The position numbers were made by a program, and so were the translations under genes. DNA of 64,000 nt from contig OY969585.1 of NCBI GenBank assembly GCA_963701295.1, positions 2,176,001 to 2,240,000 of the forward strand, written 5' to 3'. Within the stretch, counting starts at the first letter, position 1. The number at the start of each line of letters is the position of its first letter. Origin of the DNA: Ignavibacteriota bacterium (GTDB lineage: Bacteria > Bacteroidota > Ignavibacteria > UBA10030). The notes beneath the pieces are model-generated. The model ran no database searches. It was given only the letters and a program-made list of their open reading frames with translations, and was not told where the DNA came from. Shown in pieces: positions 40,099-52,575 of this stretch.

Positions 40099-40854
40099 AT
40101 GGAGATTTCAGGAAATACCGTATTAATTACGGGCGGGGCGACGGGTATAGGTTATGCAATGGCCGAAGCTTTCTTGGAAGCCAAGAATGAAGTCATCATT
40201 TGTGGTCGAAGAAAAGAAAGACTTCTTGGAGCTCAAAAAAAACATCCGGAGTTCCATATCAAAGTGTGTAATGTAACTGATGAAGCGGATCGAAGAACAC
40301 TAGTGGAATGGATAACTACCAACTTCGACAAGTTGAACATTCTGATACACAATGCCGGTGTGCAAAGGGATATTGATTTCACGAAAGGTATCACTGAGTT
40401 TCTGGCCGGAGAAAATGAAATCACAATTAACTTGGAAGCGCCAATAGTTCTCTCTGGGCTGTTTATTCCGTATTTGACCGGGAAGAAAGAAGCTGCCATT
40501 ATCAATGTTTCATCCGGATTAGGTTTTGTGCCTGCCGCTCGAATGCCGGTCTATAGTGCGACCAAAGCCGGGTTGCATGCTTTTTCCATGGCGCTCAGAC
40601 AGCAACTCTTAAAACTTGGGATTAAAGTTTTTGAGGTGGTTCCGCCGGCGGTTGATACGGAATTAAATCCGGAGGGAAGAGCCAAAAGAGGCAATTATAA
40701 AGCGAATCTGACGCCCGAGGAATTTGTAGTCGCGATAATGAAAGGTCTCAAGAATGACGTCCTCGAAATAGGTTATGGGATGACGGAAGGTTCAATCAAA
40801 GCGTCCAGAGCAGAGTTGGACAAAAGCTTTCAACAGATGAATAGCCGGTGGTAA
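40099..40854 (+). CDS. Short-chain dehydrogenase (DltE-like)
   Basis: TGGATGIG, NAG, YSATK. Confidence 0.92.
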   Translation: MEISGNTVLITGGATGIGYAMAEAFLEAKNEVIICGRRKERLLGAQKKHPEFHIKVCNVTDEADRRTLVEWITTNFDKLNILIHNAGVQRDIDFTKGITEFLAGENEITINLEAPIVLSGLFIPYLTGKKEAAIINVSSGLGFVPAARMPVYSATKAGLHAFSMALRQQLLKLGIKVFEVVPPAVDTELNPEGRAKRGNYKANLTPEEFVVAIMKGLKNDVLEIGYGMTEGSIKASRAELDKSFQQMNSRW

Positions 40855-41050
40855 AACTGCGAAGGAAATTTTTAAGCGGTCAACAAAAACAAATATAAGT
40901 TTTGTACTGCGTTCATTTATTATTTTTATCTTTATTTAAGATGTTGTATCGTGCTTTGCGCGGTACATTCTCAAGTCTTCGGCTGCGTGATACATTTTTC
41001 TGGATAAGCTGAGTTAAGCTTCGGGTTAGGTACGTTGCAAGATAAATACA

Positions 41051-41533
41051 TTACAGTCTTTTTTCCAATTCGATTTCATCTCGTAGTGGAATACCATCTT
41101 TGCCAACAATTGGAATCTGGGGCTTAAGTTGACGTGATCTTTTGATCGCGTCGCGATGTACTGCTACAAGTACATATCCTCTTCGCTGATAAAATCGTAA
41201 AGCACGAAGATTATCGTTTGTTGTAATAAGCCAAATTCGAATACACCTTTTTTCTTTTGCAACTTGTTCAACAGACTTCAAAAGGGACGATCCTATACCC
41301 CGGCCCTCGGCAAGGCTATCAAGCGATATAACTTCACAAGTTCCTGCTTCGAAACGATAAGTAAGAAGACCCACAGGGACATTTTCTTCTACAGCAACAA
41401 AACCAGACAGTTCATTTGCAGCATGAAGGACACCACGAGTAACAATTGTAGTCGATCCCCATCGATCTATGAGAATCCGATTAATCCAAATTTTATGGGT
41501 ATCATTAATAGGTTGAATGCTCATTGCTGTCAT
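41051..41533 (-). CDS. GNAT acetyltransferase
   Basis: GRGIGSSLL, ITTNDNLRALRFYQRRGY. Confidence 0.92.
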   Translation of the reverse strand: MTAMSIQPINDTHKIWINRILIDRWGSTTIVTRGVLHAANELSGFVAVEENVPVGLLTYRFEAGTCEVISLDSLAEGRGIGSSLLKSVEQVAKEKRCIRIWLITTNDNLRALRFYQRRGYVLVAVHRDAIKRSRQLKPQIPIVGKDGIPLRDEIELEKRL

Positions 41534-41605
41534 AAGAAAAAGCTTGTACGCGGCGGACTTAAAACATCTAATTAAAATCTACTATATAGCCGACTAAATA
41601 GCAAC

Positions 41606-41636
41606 AAAAACCCCGATGTTCTTTCGAACACCGGGG
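41606..41636 (-). terminator. Intrinsic terminator
   Basis: Minus strand CCCCGGTGTTC-GAAA-GAACATCGGGG-TTTTT. Confidence 0.85.
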
Positions 41637-41645
41637 TAATGGGGA

Positions 41646-41750
41646 GGGGGTAAACAACCACCGCGCGCCAACACAATGGTGCTATTCCGAGATCTTTCAA
41701 CCTCGGAGATAGCCGATGATATCTTTGGGGAATGATATCAACTTACCCCC
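41646..41750 (-). ncRNA. Candidate structured RNA (four-way junction)
   Basis: Closing stem plus three hairpins, GAAA tetraloop, G-U pairs only on the minus strand. Confidence 0.6.
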
Positions 41751-42093
41751 TTTATATTGTTGTTTCATAAATTGTCGATTACACATTTAATCAAGGTCTG
41801 TACCAATGTTGGAACATTTAAGAGAAAATCATATCTGGATGCTATTTCAAATATAGTCGTCTATTATAAGACTCTTGTCATACCCGCTAAGTTTAAGCAG
41901 GCATCCAGAATTCTGGACTTCTTGTCTGACCAGCGGACAGGCTGATTGAGACATTTGTGAGTGACAGCGCATTTTGAGTTGGTTTCTCAATAGTATATAA
42001 CACTTTCAGATGCAATTAGTTCCACTGTATTGTCTCTCTTGCATTAAGGAAGATTCTTACTTCGGGAAATGCAGTGTTTTACGGTTTGTTTTC

Positions 42094-42774
42094 TCAGAGC
42101 TTTAATAACTCATCAACTGAAATTGCCGAGAGGTCAGGAATAACTACGTTAACGTTGGGGAGTCTCTCTTTTGTTCCAATACCTAAAGCTTTCATACCCG
42201 CGCGTCTTGCAGATTCGATTCCAGCAACAGCATCTTCAACGACAAGACAATGGGCAGGAGAAACGCCAACTTTTTTTGCAGCAAGCAAAAAAACTTCAGG
42301 GTCTGGTTTAGAGTTTTCGATCTGATGGCCATCGACAATTGCGTCGAGTAAATGTTCGATCTTCACTTGCTTGATAATAGTCAAGGCATTGCGACTATTG
42401 GATGCAACGGCAATCTTAATTCCTCGATTTCTCAATTCGCGCAGTGCGGAAAGAGCGCCGGGGAGGAGCACTTCTGTTGTTACTTTTGAAAGAGATTCGA
42501 CAAAATATCTGTTCTTTCTATCCGCGAGTTCTTTTTTCTGCTCAGGAGTATATTGTTTTCCGGATGCTTTTGTTATGATCTCTACACATTCCATTCGTGC
42601 TACGCCGCGGAATTTGTGGTTGAATTCATGGTCGAAGAAATTAAATCCTTCCTCGGCTGAAAGTTTTTTCCACGAGTAATAATGATATTCATCCGTTGAA
42701 ACCAAAACACCATCGAGATCGAATAAAACTGCTTTTATCATTGAATCAGTAACTCCACCATTTTCATAAATCAT
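42094..42774 (-). CDS. Beta-phosphoglucomutase-like HAD hydrolase
   Basis: FDLDGVL, KPDPEVF, VEDAVAGI. Confidence 0.88.
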   Translation of the reverse strand: MIYENGGVTDSMIKAVLFDLDGVLVSTDEYHYYSWKKLSAEEGFNFFDHEFNHKFRGVARMECVEIITKASGKQYTPEQKKELADRKNRYFVESLSKVTTEVLLPGALSALRELRNRGIKIAVASNSRNALTIIKQVKIEHLLDAIVDGHQIENSKPDPEVFLLAAKKVGVSPAHCLVVEDAVAGIESARRAGMKALGIGTKERLPNVNVVIPDLSAISVDELLKL

Positions 42775-42898
42775 TTAATCATACACAAGATACAGAGAAG
42801 TCTCTCTATTTCAAAAAAAGCACTTCACTCTTGATTTCAAAGAAACCAATTGTTACACTCACATTGACACGATAAAACATTCATCCTTCATAACTCAA

Positions 42899-44404
42899 AT
42901 GCAGACATCGATGATTGATTTGCTCAAACGGTTTTGGCGTGAACATCCGTTGACCTCCATTATTCTTATTGCTTTTATTCCGCGTCTCGTTGCTGTATTA
43001 TTCTCCAAGGGTTACGGAATGCACGACGACCACTTCGGTCCTATTGAGCAACCATTCATCATTATGAATGACATAAGCTACTGGACTACCAGAACAACAC
43101 CACACGGGCATAGCATTGTCTATCCTTCAATTCATTATGTATTGTTTCAAGGATTCGAGGCTATTGGAATCCGAGATCCCCAGGCAAAAATGTATCTCGT
43201 GCGTTTCCTTCATGCGCTCTATTCACTTTTGATTGTATCTTTCGGTTATAAAATTGCTGAGGTACTGAGCAACCGTGAATCAGCAAAGAAGGCAGGGCTT
43301 ATCCTTGCACTCTTTTGGGCGTTTCCATTCCTCAGTGTTCGCAATCTTATCGAGATGGTTTGTATCCCACCGCTGATGGCAGGTTTCTACTATGCGCTGA
43401 TCTCCAAAAATAATGGAATGCGGAAAGCGTTCATTGCCGGATTGTGGTTCGGACTTGCGTTTGTATTCCGTTACCAAACCCTTTCTATCACAGGTACATT
43501 AGGGTTGATGTTTCTTTTCAGGAAAGATTTCAAGCAGATGGGATTGCTTGCTGCAGGTTTTTTCGTGACGACAATTATCATTCAGGGGAGTGCAGACATA
43601 TTTGCATGGGGATATCCATTTGCATCATTCCGTGAATATATGCTTTATAATGCATCCCATGGAAACGATTATACAACTGGAGCATGGTATAATTATTCTT
43701 TATTGGTGCTCGGTGCTTTTATTCCACCGATGAGTTTCCTCCTGTTGTATGGTTTTTTTAGGAATTGGCGGAAGACATTGTTGATACTACTTCCAGTGAT
43801 GGTATTCTTCGTTTCACATTCCCTTTTTCCCAACAAGCAAGAGAGATTTATTTTTCCTGTGATACCGATTATCTTAACGTTGAGTGTCGTAGGTTGGGAA
43901 GAATTTGTAAAAGAATCTGCTTTCTGGTCACGGCACCGGATCACATTGAAGTCGTTCTGGATTTGGTTCTGGGTACTTAATTTCATCTTGCTAATTCTTT
44001 TTTCGACTTACTATTCTAAAAGATCTAGAGTCGAAGCAATGTATACACTCTATGGAAAACAGATACAAGGTATCGTGATGGTAGGCGGAACATTAGGCAC
44101 AACACAACCGCCGATGTTCTATACAGGAGTGTATCCAATCTCAATTTATCTGATTAATAACGATGAACAACTTACTCAAATAAAAGTGACACTGAATGCT
44201 ACACCTATTCTCCCAAATTATGCTGTCTTCTTTGGGCTGGAAGATATTGATCATCGTGTTCAGCATATTGAAACCTCACTTGGATTGAAGCTTACATTAG
44301 AAAAACGCATAGAAGCGAGCTTTTTGGATGATGTATTCTATCGGCTGAATCCGCGCTTTAACAAGAACCAAACGGCATTTGTATTCGACATTGACACGAA
44401 ATAA
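42899..44404 (+). CDS. GT-C membrane glycosyltransferase (mannosyltransferase-like)
   Basis: HDDHF loop, multiple TMs, PNKQERFIFP. Confidence 0.8.
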   Translation: MQTSMIDLLKRFWREHPLTSIILIAFIPRLVAVLFSKGYGMHDDHFGPIEQPFIIMNDISYWTTRTTPHGHSIVYPSIHYVLFQGFEAIGIRDPQAKMYLVRFLHALYSLLIVSFGYKIAEVLSNRESAKKAGLILALFWAFPFLSVRNLIEMVCIPPLMAGFYYALISKNNGMRKAFIAGLWFGLAFVFRYQTLSITGTLGLMFLFRKDFKQMGLLAAGFFVTTIIIQGSADIFAWGYPFASFREYMLYNASHGNDYTTGAWYNYSLLVLGAFIPPMSFLLLYGFFRNWRKTLLILLPVMVFFVSHSLFPNKQERFIFPVIPIILTLSVVGWEEFVKESAFWSRHRITLKSFWIWFWVLNFILLILFSTYYSKRSRVEAMYTLYGKQIQGIVMVGGTLGTTQPPMFYTGVYPISIYLINNDEQLTQIKVTLNATPILPNYAVFFGLEDIDHRVQHIETSLGLKLTLEKRIEASFLDDVFYRLNPRFNKNQTAFVFDIDTK

Positions 44405-44491
44405 TATGGGAACAAACCATATTTGGATTGTTGTTGATAGACTGAAGGAAGAGAGTTATTATCAAGGTGATCATCAAAAGGAACGTTCTAT

Positions 44492-45478
<987 letters not shown>

Positions 45479-45723
45479 CGGTTTATTTTCATAGGGTTCC
45501 GAATTGAAGTAAAAGAAAAATTTTGTCATTTAAAACTAGATTTTGTTTCTTAGATTCTTGTTGACTCGTCAAGAGTTCAAAAACAAGATATAAAACAGGG
45601 TTATGCTGGAGTATTCTCCGAGTGACTTCAGTCCTAAAGTCAACAGCAAATCACGTTGAATCAATCTTTACAAAACTATTACCATTGCTTTGAACTGCAG
45701 GGGACTTTTGTCTATATTCTCAT

Positions 45724-47268
45724 ATGGAACATACACAGACTCTTCTCGTCCTTGATTTCGGTTCGCAGTATACACAGCTCATTGCCCGGCGGGTACGGGA
45801 GTTGGGAGTCTATTCCGAAATCCACCCATTCAACTATTCCACCGATAAAATCAAAGACCAATGTCCAGTAGGCATCATTCTTTCAGGCGGACCATCAAGT
45901 GTCTACGAAACAAACGCACCAAAACCCGATCCCAAAATTTTTGATCTCGGTATTCCCATTCTCGGAATCTGCTATGGCCTGCAATTATTCGCAGATCGGA
46001 TGCATGGTAAAGTTAATTCTGCTGCACGCCGTGAATATGGCAAGGCGGAGCTTTTTATCGATGACCATAATGATCTCTTTGCCGGCTTAGACACATCAAC
46101 ATCGGTGTGGATGAGTCATGGAGATGCGCTGAGTCAACTGCCCGAGGGATTTGAACCGATTGCACATTCTCGCAATGCGCCTATTTGCGCAATCCGTCAT
46201 TTAGAGAAGAAGATGTTCGGTGTACAATTCCATCCTGAGGTAGTTCATACGCCAGAAGGAAAGAAAATTCTTGGGAATTTTTTATTCCTTGTATGTGGTG
46301 TAAAGGGGAATTGGACACCGGCCTCGTTTGTGGAAAAAGCGGAAAAAGAAATTCGTACCCAAGTCGGGTCTTCAAGAGTTTTATGTGCATTGAGCGGCGG
46401 CGTTGATTCATCCGTTCTTGCGATGCTCCTGCAGCGATCTGTGGGCGACCAGCTTCATTGTGTCCATATCAACAATGGTTTGATGAGGAAAAACGAAAGT
46501 GAGCAGGTTGTTCAGACCTTCCGTGATACCTTTCATATCAATCTTTCCTTTGTCGATGCAACAGATATCTTTCTATCTCGGCTTACGGGAGTGAGCGATC
46601 CGGAAAAAAAACGGAAGATCATTGGAAAGACATTCATCGAGGTCTTTGAAGAAGAAGCGAAAAAACTGGACGGTGCGGTAGAATTTCTTGCGCAGGGCAC
46701 ACTGTATCCCGATGTGATCGAATCGGTTTCATTCAAAGGTCCTTCCGTTACGATCAAGACACACCATAACGTTGGCGGGCTGCCGGAGAAGATGAATTTT
46801 AAGCTCATTGAACCGTTTCGTGAATTGTTCAAAGATGAAGTCAGGAACATTGGACGATTGCTTGGAGTGCCGGCAGATTTAATTGGACGGCATCCGTTTC
46901 CTGGTCCCGGACTTGCCGTGCGCATACTCGGTGACGTCACGAAGGTCAAGCTTGATTTGCTTCGCGAAGCTGACGACATATTTATTCAAGAATTGAAACG
47001 TTCAAATCTCTATAATGAAATCTGGCAGGCATTTGTTGTTCTCCTTCCAATCCGTTCCGTGGGTGTAATGGGAGATGACCGTACATATGAAAATGCAGTC
47101 GCATTGCGAGCCGTAACGAGTGTGGATGGAATGACGGCAGATTGGGCAAAAATTCCGAATGATATTCTTGCGCACATATCCAACCGAATCACGAATGAAC
47201 TGCGCGGCATTAATCGCGTTGTGTATGACATCAGTTCAAAACCTCCCGCTACCATTGAGTGGGAGTGA
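45724..47268 (+). CDS. guaA: GMP synthase (glutamine-hydrolysing)
   Basis: [34 protein letters not shown]. Confidence 0.98.
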   Translation: MEHTQTLLVLDFGSQYTQLIARRVRELGVYSEIHPFNYSTDKIKDQCPVGIILSGGPSSVYETNAPKPDPKIFDLGIPILGICYGLQLFADRMHGKVNSAARREYGKAELFIDDHNDLFAGLDTSTSVWMSHGDALSQLPEGFEPIAHSRNAPICAIRHLEKKMFGVQFHPEVVHTPEGKKILGNFLFLVCGVKGNWTPASFVEKAEKEIRTQVGSSRVLCALSGGVDSSVLAMLLQRSVGDQLHCVHINNGLMRKNESEQVVQTFRDTFHINLSFVDATDIFLSRLTGVSDPEKKRKIIGKTFIEVFEEEAKKLDGAVEFLAQGTLYPDVIESVSFKGPSVTIKTHHNVGGLPEKMNFKLIEPFRELFKDEVRNIGRLLGVPADLIGRHPFPGPGLAVRILGDVTKVKLDLLREADDIFIQELKRSNLYNEIWQAFVVLLPIRSVGVMGDDRTYENAVALRAVTSVDGMTADWAKIPNDILAHISNRITNELRGINRVVYDISSKPPATIEWE

Positions 47269-47343
47269 AATCAACGAAAAATAATTAGATGAAAGATGAA
47301 TCACTCATTTCGAGTTACTTGTCACTGATAACTGATCGCTTTC

Positions 47344-48066
47344 ATGATTGAACTGAAGAACGTCACAAAAAAATTTGGCAATTTTACCGCCGTCGACAAT
47401 CTGACCCTCACAGTACCGCAAGGAGAGTTCTTTGGATTTCTTGGGCCGAATGGAGCGGGAAAAACAACGACTATTAAAATGATTGTCGGTCTTTTTACTC
47501 CGACGACGGGCGATATTATTGTGAACGGTTATAACATTCTCACCCATCCGATAGAAGCTAAACAATCCATAGGATATGTTCCTGATATTCCGTTCTTATA
47601 TGAAAAGTTAACAGGCCGTGAATTTCTTTATTTTATCGGAGGATTGTTTCGCATTCCTAAAACAGTATTGCATGACCGTATTGCTGAACTCATCGACCGT
47701 TTCGAAATCGGTAGTTGGGTAGACAAACGGACAGAAGATTATTCGCAGGGGATGAAGCAGCGAATAACAATAGCCTCCGCTTTACTTCATCATCCAAAGA
47801 CCATTATTATCGATGAACCGTTAATAGGGCTGGACCCGCGGAGTGCAAAAATTGTTCGTGAGACCTTGCATTTACAGGCAAAGAATGGCGTTTCCATTTT
47901 AATGTCAACGCACAGTTTGGCTTTTGCTGAAGAATTATGTGGCCGTATCGGTATTATCAACAATGGACGATTAGTGTTGTGCGATACGCGGGAACAGTTA
48001 CAAATTCAGAAAGCACGGTATGACGGGAAATTTGAATCCGTTTTTCTTGAAGTGACCAAGCAGTAA
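47344..48066 (+). CDS. ABC transporter ATP-binding protein
   Basis: GPNGAGKT, YSQGMKQR, DEP..GLDP. Confidence 0.93.
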   Translation: MIELKNVTKKFGNFTAVDNLTLTVPQGEFFGFLGPNGAGKTTTIKMIVGLFTPTTGDIIVNGYNILTHPIEAKQSIGYVPDIPFLYEKLTGREFLYFIGGLFRIPKTVLHDRIAELIDRFEIGSWVDKRTEDYSQGMKQRITIASALLHHPKTIIIDEPLIGLDPRSAKIVRETLHLQAKNGVSILMSTHSLAFAEELCGRIGIINNGRLVLCDTREQLQIQKARYDGKFESVFLEVTKQ

Positions 48067-48071
48067 CGCGT

Positions 48072-49769
48072 ATGCTCATTCACATCCTCCGCTACAAATT
48101 CCTTTCATATATAAAAACAACTTTCGACAGGCGTCCTGTTTCTATCGTGCGGGGAGTAGCATCGCTGTTCGTTTTTAGCGGATTTGCATACGCTGCATAC
48201 TTGTTTGCATCGGAAGCAACACGCTTCATGCTTGATCACACACGCACGGGTCTCTATCTATTCCATACATTTATTTCGATGATGCTGTTCGTGTTTTTTA
48301 TTGCGGTCAATCTCGGCAATGTTATCGTCTCATACTCTACACTGTATCGTTCTATGGAAGTGAGCTTCCTTTTAACGAAACCAATTTCCTTTACAACTAT
48401 TTTTATATTGAAGTTTCTAGACAATTTCTTTTATAGTTCTACGACACTATTTCTCGGTGCGTTTATGATGTTGTTAGGATATGGTAGTTACTTTGGGTAT
48501 CCGTTGTATTATCTTTTAGGTGTTATGCTCTTTGTGCTTGTTCCATTTATGTTCCTTTCAGCATGTCTTGCTGTGTTGATTCTCATGGCGATCATGAAAC
48601 TTGCCGGCAAAATCGGATTTCGTAAGGTGATGGCAGGGCTTTTTATCGTATATTTCTTTTTCATTTATATATTCTTTAATGCATCCAATCCAATGACACT
48701 TGTTGAAAAACTCAATAGCTTTTTCCCGAACTTGGATGCGTATCTTGTACAGTCAACTCCGGGAATTTTTCGATATTTGCCGAATCAATGGGTGGTGGAA
48801 TTTCTCTACTATAGTGCTCGAGGAGAGATGATTCATGCCTTACCATATGCCGGCCTTCTCCTCTGTGTCACGGCAGCTGCTTTAGGTGTTTGTCTTTTTG
48901 TAGCGCGTCGATTTTATTATCGAAGCTGGCTGATATCACTGCAAGTGCAGTCGACCGTTCAAGCGCCCGCCAATCCGGCGCGAAAACACTTCTTCGATTT
49001 TCGGTCTCACAGTATCTTCTCTTCACAGATTGAAGTATTACTGAAGAAAGAACTATTGACATTCTTTCGTGAAGCAAGTCAGTGGATGCACCTTGTTGTC
49101 ATGATTATTCTCACGGGTCTTTTCTCTATCAGCGTCAGTAACCTGAATCTTCGTTTACATGTTTTGAATATGCATCTGATAACTTATTTAGTTTTGTTTG
49201 CTTTTGGCGGATTCATGGTAGGTTCCCTTGCGCTTCGATTCGTCTTTCCACTGATCGGGTTAGAGGGGCAAGCTTTTTGGACGCTCCGAACCAGTCCTAT
49301 CAAAGAAAGCAAAATTTTCCTGATTAAATTTTTCATGGGCTTTTTGATAGTGCTTATCCTTGCGGAATATATCGCAGTCTCAAGCAATATCCCATTTACA
49401 AAGATAACTGCAATGAGGCCGTTGTTACTGTGGTTTGGAATATTCAGTGCGTTTTGGATCTCACTCACGACCGTTACATTCAATCTTGGTTTTGGCGGCT
49501 ACTTTGCAAATTATCTTGAACGTAATCCGATCCGTGCAGCATCAACGCAAGGTGCAACACTCACCTTTCTCATGACGCTCATCTATCTTATCGTCCTCGT
49601 GGCTCTTGTTTTTATACCGATCTCGGCTTACTTTACCACAGTATTTCGATCTCAATATTTTCCAATGGAGTTGATCGTACTGCCGGGTATGCTCATCGCC
49701 GTTATTTCGTTTCTTCTCTCTGCGTTCGGCTTAATCATCGGTCTGCGGTCGATGCGCAGAGATTTTTAA
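48072..49769 (+). CDS. ABC-2-type permease
   Basis: Many TM segments; directly follows the ATPase. Confidence 0.8.
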   Translation: MLIHILRYKFLSYIKTTFDRRPVSIVRGVASLFVFSGFAYAAYLFASEATRFMLDHTRTGLYLFHTFISMMLFVFFIAVNLGNVIVSYSTLYRSMEVSFLLTKPISFTTIFILKFLDNFFYSSTTLFLGAFMMLLGYGSYFGYPLYYLLGVMLFVLVPFMFLSACLAVLILMAIMKLAGKIGFRKVMAGLFIVYFFFIYIFFNASNPMTLVEKLNSFFPNLDAYLVQSTPGIFRYLPNQWVVEFLYYSARGEMIHALPYAGLLLCVTAAALGVCLFVARRFYYRSWLISLQVQSTVQAPANPARKHFFDFRSHSIFSSQIEVLLKKELLTFFREASQWMHLVVMIILTGLFSISVSNLNLRLHVLNMHLITYLVLFAFGGFMVGSLALRFVFPLIGLEGQAFWTLRTSPIKESKIFLIKFFMGFLIVLILAEYIAVSSNIPFTKITAMRPLLLWFGIFSAFWISLTTVTFNLGFGGYFANYLERNPIRAASTQGATLTFLMTLIYLIVLVALVFIPISAYFTTVFRSQYFPMELIVLPGMLIAVISFLLSAFGLIIGLRSMRRDF

Positions 49770-49845
49770 TTGCAACTTTCGTTGTGTTGTGGTAATTTTA
49801 ACATCAGTAATCAATTAGCTTCACACTTTTTCTACGAAAGAATTA

Positions 49846-51846
49846 ATGAAAATTAAAAAATTTCTTCTTGCTGTCCTTTTTCTCATGTTGACTTTCTCAC
49901 GAGGTCTGTATTCTCAATCCTTACCGGATAGTATTGTCTTTAAGTCGGAAGTGGAGCGCGAATTTGTCGAGGCAATGAAATTGTTTCGAGCCGGAAAGTT
50001 CGATACGGCTTCAGCAGTGTTTGTTCATACTATCAAAGAGTATCCACGGAGCCATCGTACAACGAGTGCTTTCATCATGGGGGGAAAAGCCTATTATGAA
50101 TGTAAGAAATACAGAGAGTCGATTCGCCTCTTGAAGGACTTAATTGATCTCTATCCTCAATCCAGCTATATCGATGATGCACATTATACTCTTGGGTTGA
50201 ATTACTACCGAATGGAACGGTATGAAGATGCTGCGTCGGAATTTATCGTTGTCATTCAAATGTCACACGAGCAGCGACTTGTGGCTCAATCTAAGAAATT
50301 ATTGGAGATGATAACGTCGTCGTGCCTGACACTTGCGGAACTGCAGCTTCTCCGATTGGATGCAAAGAGCGAGGAGATGGTAGCGCTTGTGACTGAACGG
50401 ATTGCAGAGAAAATTCTGCGAGCGGGAGATTTTACTACCGCAGGGGAGATGCTTCACAAGGTGGCGGTTATGCCGCCAAATATTAAGTATGTCGCTGAGG
50501 CTCTTTCGCTCATAGAGCTGATAGAGAAACGTGGAGGAGTAAAGATTGGTGTTGCGTTACCGCTCATGCTTAAAGATGAAAATCCAGCGACACGAGCACT
50601 TGGAATAGAATTTCTCCAAGGTATTCAGCTCGCAGTTGACGAATATAATCAAACTGTTCCTGTGAAGATTGCTCTTGAAGTGCGGGATACAGAACGAGAT
50701 CCGGGTATTGCGGCTAAGCATGTGGCGGATCTGTGCAGCGATGAGAATGTGTCTGCTATTATTGGGCCGATTATAAGCGGTGAAGTCTTCGCTGCCGCAG
50801 GTATTGCAAACGAACGAGGTGTCCCGCTGATTACACCCACTGCAACAGCAAATGGCATTGCGGCAATCGGTCCTTTCATTTTTCAAGCAAATCCTGATTA
50901 CGATATAAGAGGACGAGCTGCAGCAGCGTTCGCCTACAGTACACTTGGTGCACGAAGATTTGCCGTACTTGCACCGACCGACGCTGTGGGGAAACAAATG
51001 GCGGATTCATTCATTGCCGAAGTCGATACACTTAACGGAGAGATGGTTGACGTGCAAAGGTACTCGGCAGGTACAAATGATCTGCGGATGGAGCTTACGA
51101 CGATGCGACGGAAGGCGTTGGAAAGATTCGAAGTGCCAACAATCGATTTTGGGGCGAAAATGAAGCAGTCTGAATTGAACAAATTTATCACTTGGGGTGT
51201 TAATCAACGCTTGCTGGACTCGCTTATCGAGCGAAGACTCACAGCTCCCGTAACTCTGCTCTTTGGTGAACGCGGAAAACTCATCGCTGATTCCTTACAA
51301 CTTTCGACGCATCTTGAAAGAATGAAATACGATAGTCTCGGATTTCCGGTTACGAATATCGATGCAATCTTTGTCCCAATTGCAAGTTCGGATGAAATTC
51401 CTATTGTTAGTTCACAGCTTAAATTTTTCAATATTCAAGCGCAGGTTCTTGGTACAGGCGATTGGAATGATATGACTGCACTCGATCAGAATCGTCAATA
51501 CACAGATAAAACAATGTTTGCAGTAGATACCTATACGAATTTCTCGAGCGATACATATCGAATATTTGCAGCGAAGTATCAGCGTGCAAACAATGATAAA
51601 CCTCCAGGTACTAATGCGTTGTTTGGCTATGATGTAGCGAAGATGATCATTCAAATCATTTCGCAGGGGAAAACACGGCGCGCCGATGTTGCTGCCGCTC
51701 TCGCACATATAGAAGAATTCGAAGGGCTGCATTCAAAAATATCCCTATCATTGAATCGTGTGAATGCATGCCTCACGGTACTGCAATACAAGAATCGCCA
51801 AATTCTTCGAATCGGAGAGATCGATCTCACCCGTCGGGGGAAGTAA
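49846..51846 (+). CDS. TPR + periplasmic-binding-fold protein (LpoA/LppC-like)
   Basis: TPR-like N-terminus (YPQSSYIDDAHY); KIGVALPL, AIIGP, LFGYD. Confidence 0.75.
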   Translation: MKIKKFLLAVLFLMLTFSRGLYSQSLPDSIVFKSEVEREFVEAMKLFRAGKFDTASAVFVHTIKEYPRSHRTTSAFIMGGKAYYECKKYRESIRLLKDLIDLYPQSSYIDDAHYTLGLNYYRMERYEDAASEFIVVIQMSHEQRLVAQSKKLLEMITSSCLTLAELQLLRLDAKSEEMVALVTERIAEKILRAGDFTTAGEMLHKVAVMPPNIKYVAEALSLIELIEKRGGVKIGVALPLMLKDENPATRALGIEFLQGIQLAVDEYNQTVPVKIALEVRDTERDPGIAAKHVADLCSDENVSAIIGPIISGEVFAAAGIANERGVPLITPTATANGIAAIGPFIFQANPDYDIRGRAAAAFAYSTLGARRFAVLAPTDAVGKQMADSFIAEVDTLNGEMVDVQRYSAGTNDLRMELTTMRRKALERFEVPTIDFGAKMKQSELNKFITWGVNQRLLDSLIERRLTAPVTLLFGERGKLIADSLQLSTHLERMKYDSLGFPVTNIDAIFVPIASSDEIPIVSSQLKFFNIQAQVLGTGDWNDMTALDQNRQYTDKTMFAVDTYTNFSSDTYRIFAAKYQRANNDKPPGTNALFGYDVAKMIIQIISQGKTRRADVAAALAHIEEFEGLHSKISLSLNRVNACLTVLQYKNRQILRIGEIDLTRRGK

Positions 51847-51849
51847 AAG

Positions 51850-52575
51850 TTGAAACAGATTCGCGAAACAATAAAGGTCTTGGAACCGACGTTTTATCAC
51901 GTTCCTATCAAAGGTTGGCCTGCAGACGAACGTCCCCGCGAGAAACTCCTCCAACGTGGAGCAAGTAATCTTACGGATGCTGAATTGTTGGCAATTCTTA
52001 TTCGGACAGGAAAGAAGGGTATCACTGCTGTCGATCTCGCGCGGCATCTCTTGACAGAAGAAAGAACATTGCGAGATATTTCTTCGATGTCGGTTGAAAA
52101 AATTCGGTCATTAGGAATAGGTGAAAGTCGAGCTATCGCCATCGTTGCAGCGTTTGAGCTGGCGAAGCGATTGCCGGAAATAAGGGGTAAAGAACGACTC
52201 ACGATTCACTCACCTGAAGATATCATCCGGCATTCTGGTGTGAAGCTGAGAGAACTCGTACAGGAAGAATTGTGGGTCTTTCCATTGAATGCAGTCAACC
52301 AACTTCTTGAACCAAGACAAATAAGCAAAGGAATTCTGAACTCATCACTCGCTCATCCACGAGAGTGTTTCCGTGAAGCGATAACCCAATCTGCTGCTGC
52401 GGTTGTTTTCGTGCATAATCATCCCAGTGGTAATCCGGAACCAAGCCAAGAAGACCTTGTTATCACAAAACAACTTGTAGACGCCGGAAAAATTATCGGC
52501 ATAGCGGTGCATGACCACATTATTATTGCGGGGGACAAGTTTACCAGCCTTGCTGAGCGAAAATTGATACTGTGA
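51850..52575 (+). CDS. radC: RadC (JAB domain) protein
   Basis: RPREKL, ELLAIL, HNHPSGNPEPSQED, DHIII. Confidence 0.95.
   Translation: MKQIRETIKVLEPTFYHVPIKGWPADERPREKLLQRGASNLTDAELLAILIRTGKKGITAVDLARHLLTEERTLRDISSMSVEKIRSLGIGESRAIAIVAAFELAKRLPEIRGKERLTIHSPEDIIRHSGVKLRELVQEELWVFPLNAVNQLLEPRQISKGILNSSLAHPRECFREAITQSAAAVVFVHNHPSGNPEPSQEDLVITKQLVDAGKIIGIAVHDHIIIAGDKFTSLAERKLIL

Noticed and set aside
40960-41575. attC-like motifs around the GNAT gene (minus strand ACCTAAC downstream, ATTAGAT upstream)
   Set aside because: No complementary R'/L' arms and no integron integrase; at most a decayed cassette remnant.
41646-41750. tRNA-Sec or other tRNA interpretation of the cloverleaf-like fold
   Set aside because: No T-loop consensus, anticodon-type loop or CCA end; retained only as an unknown RNA.
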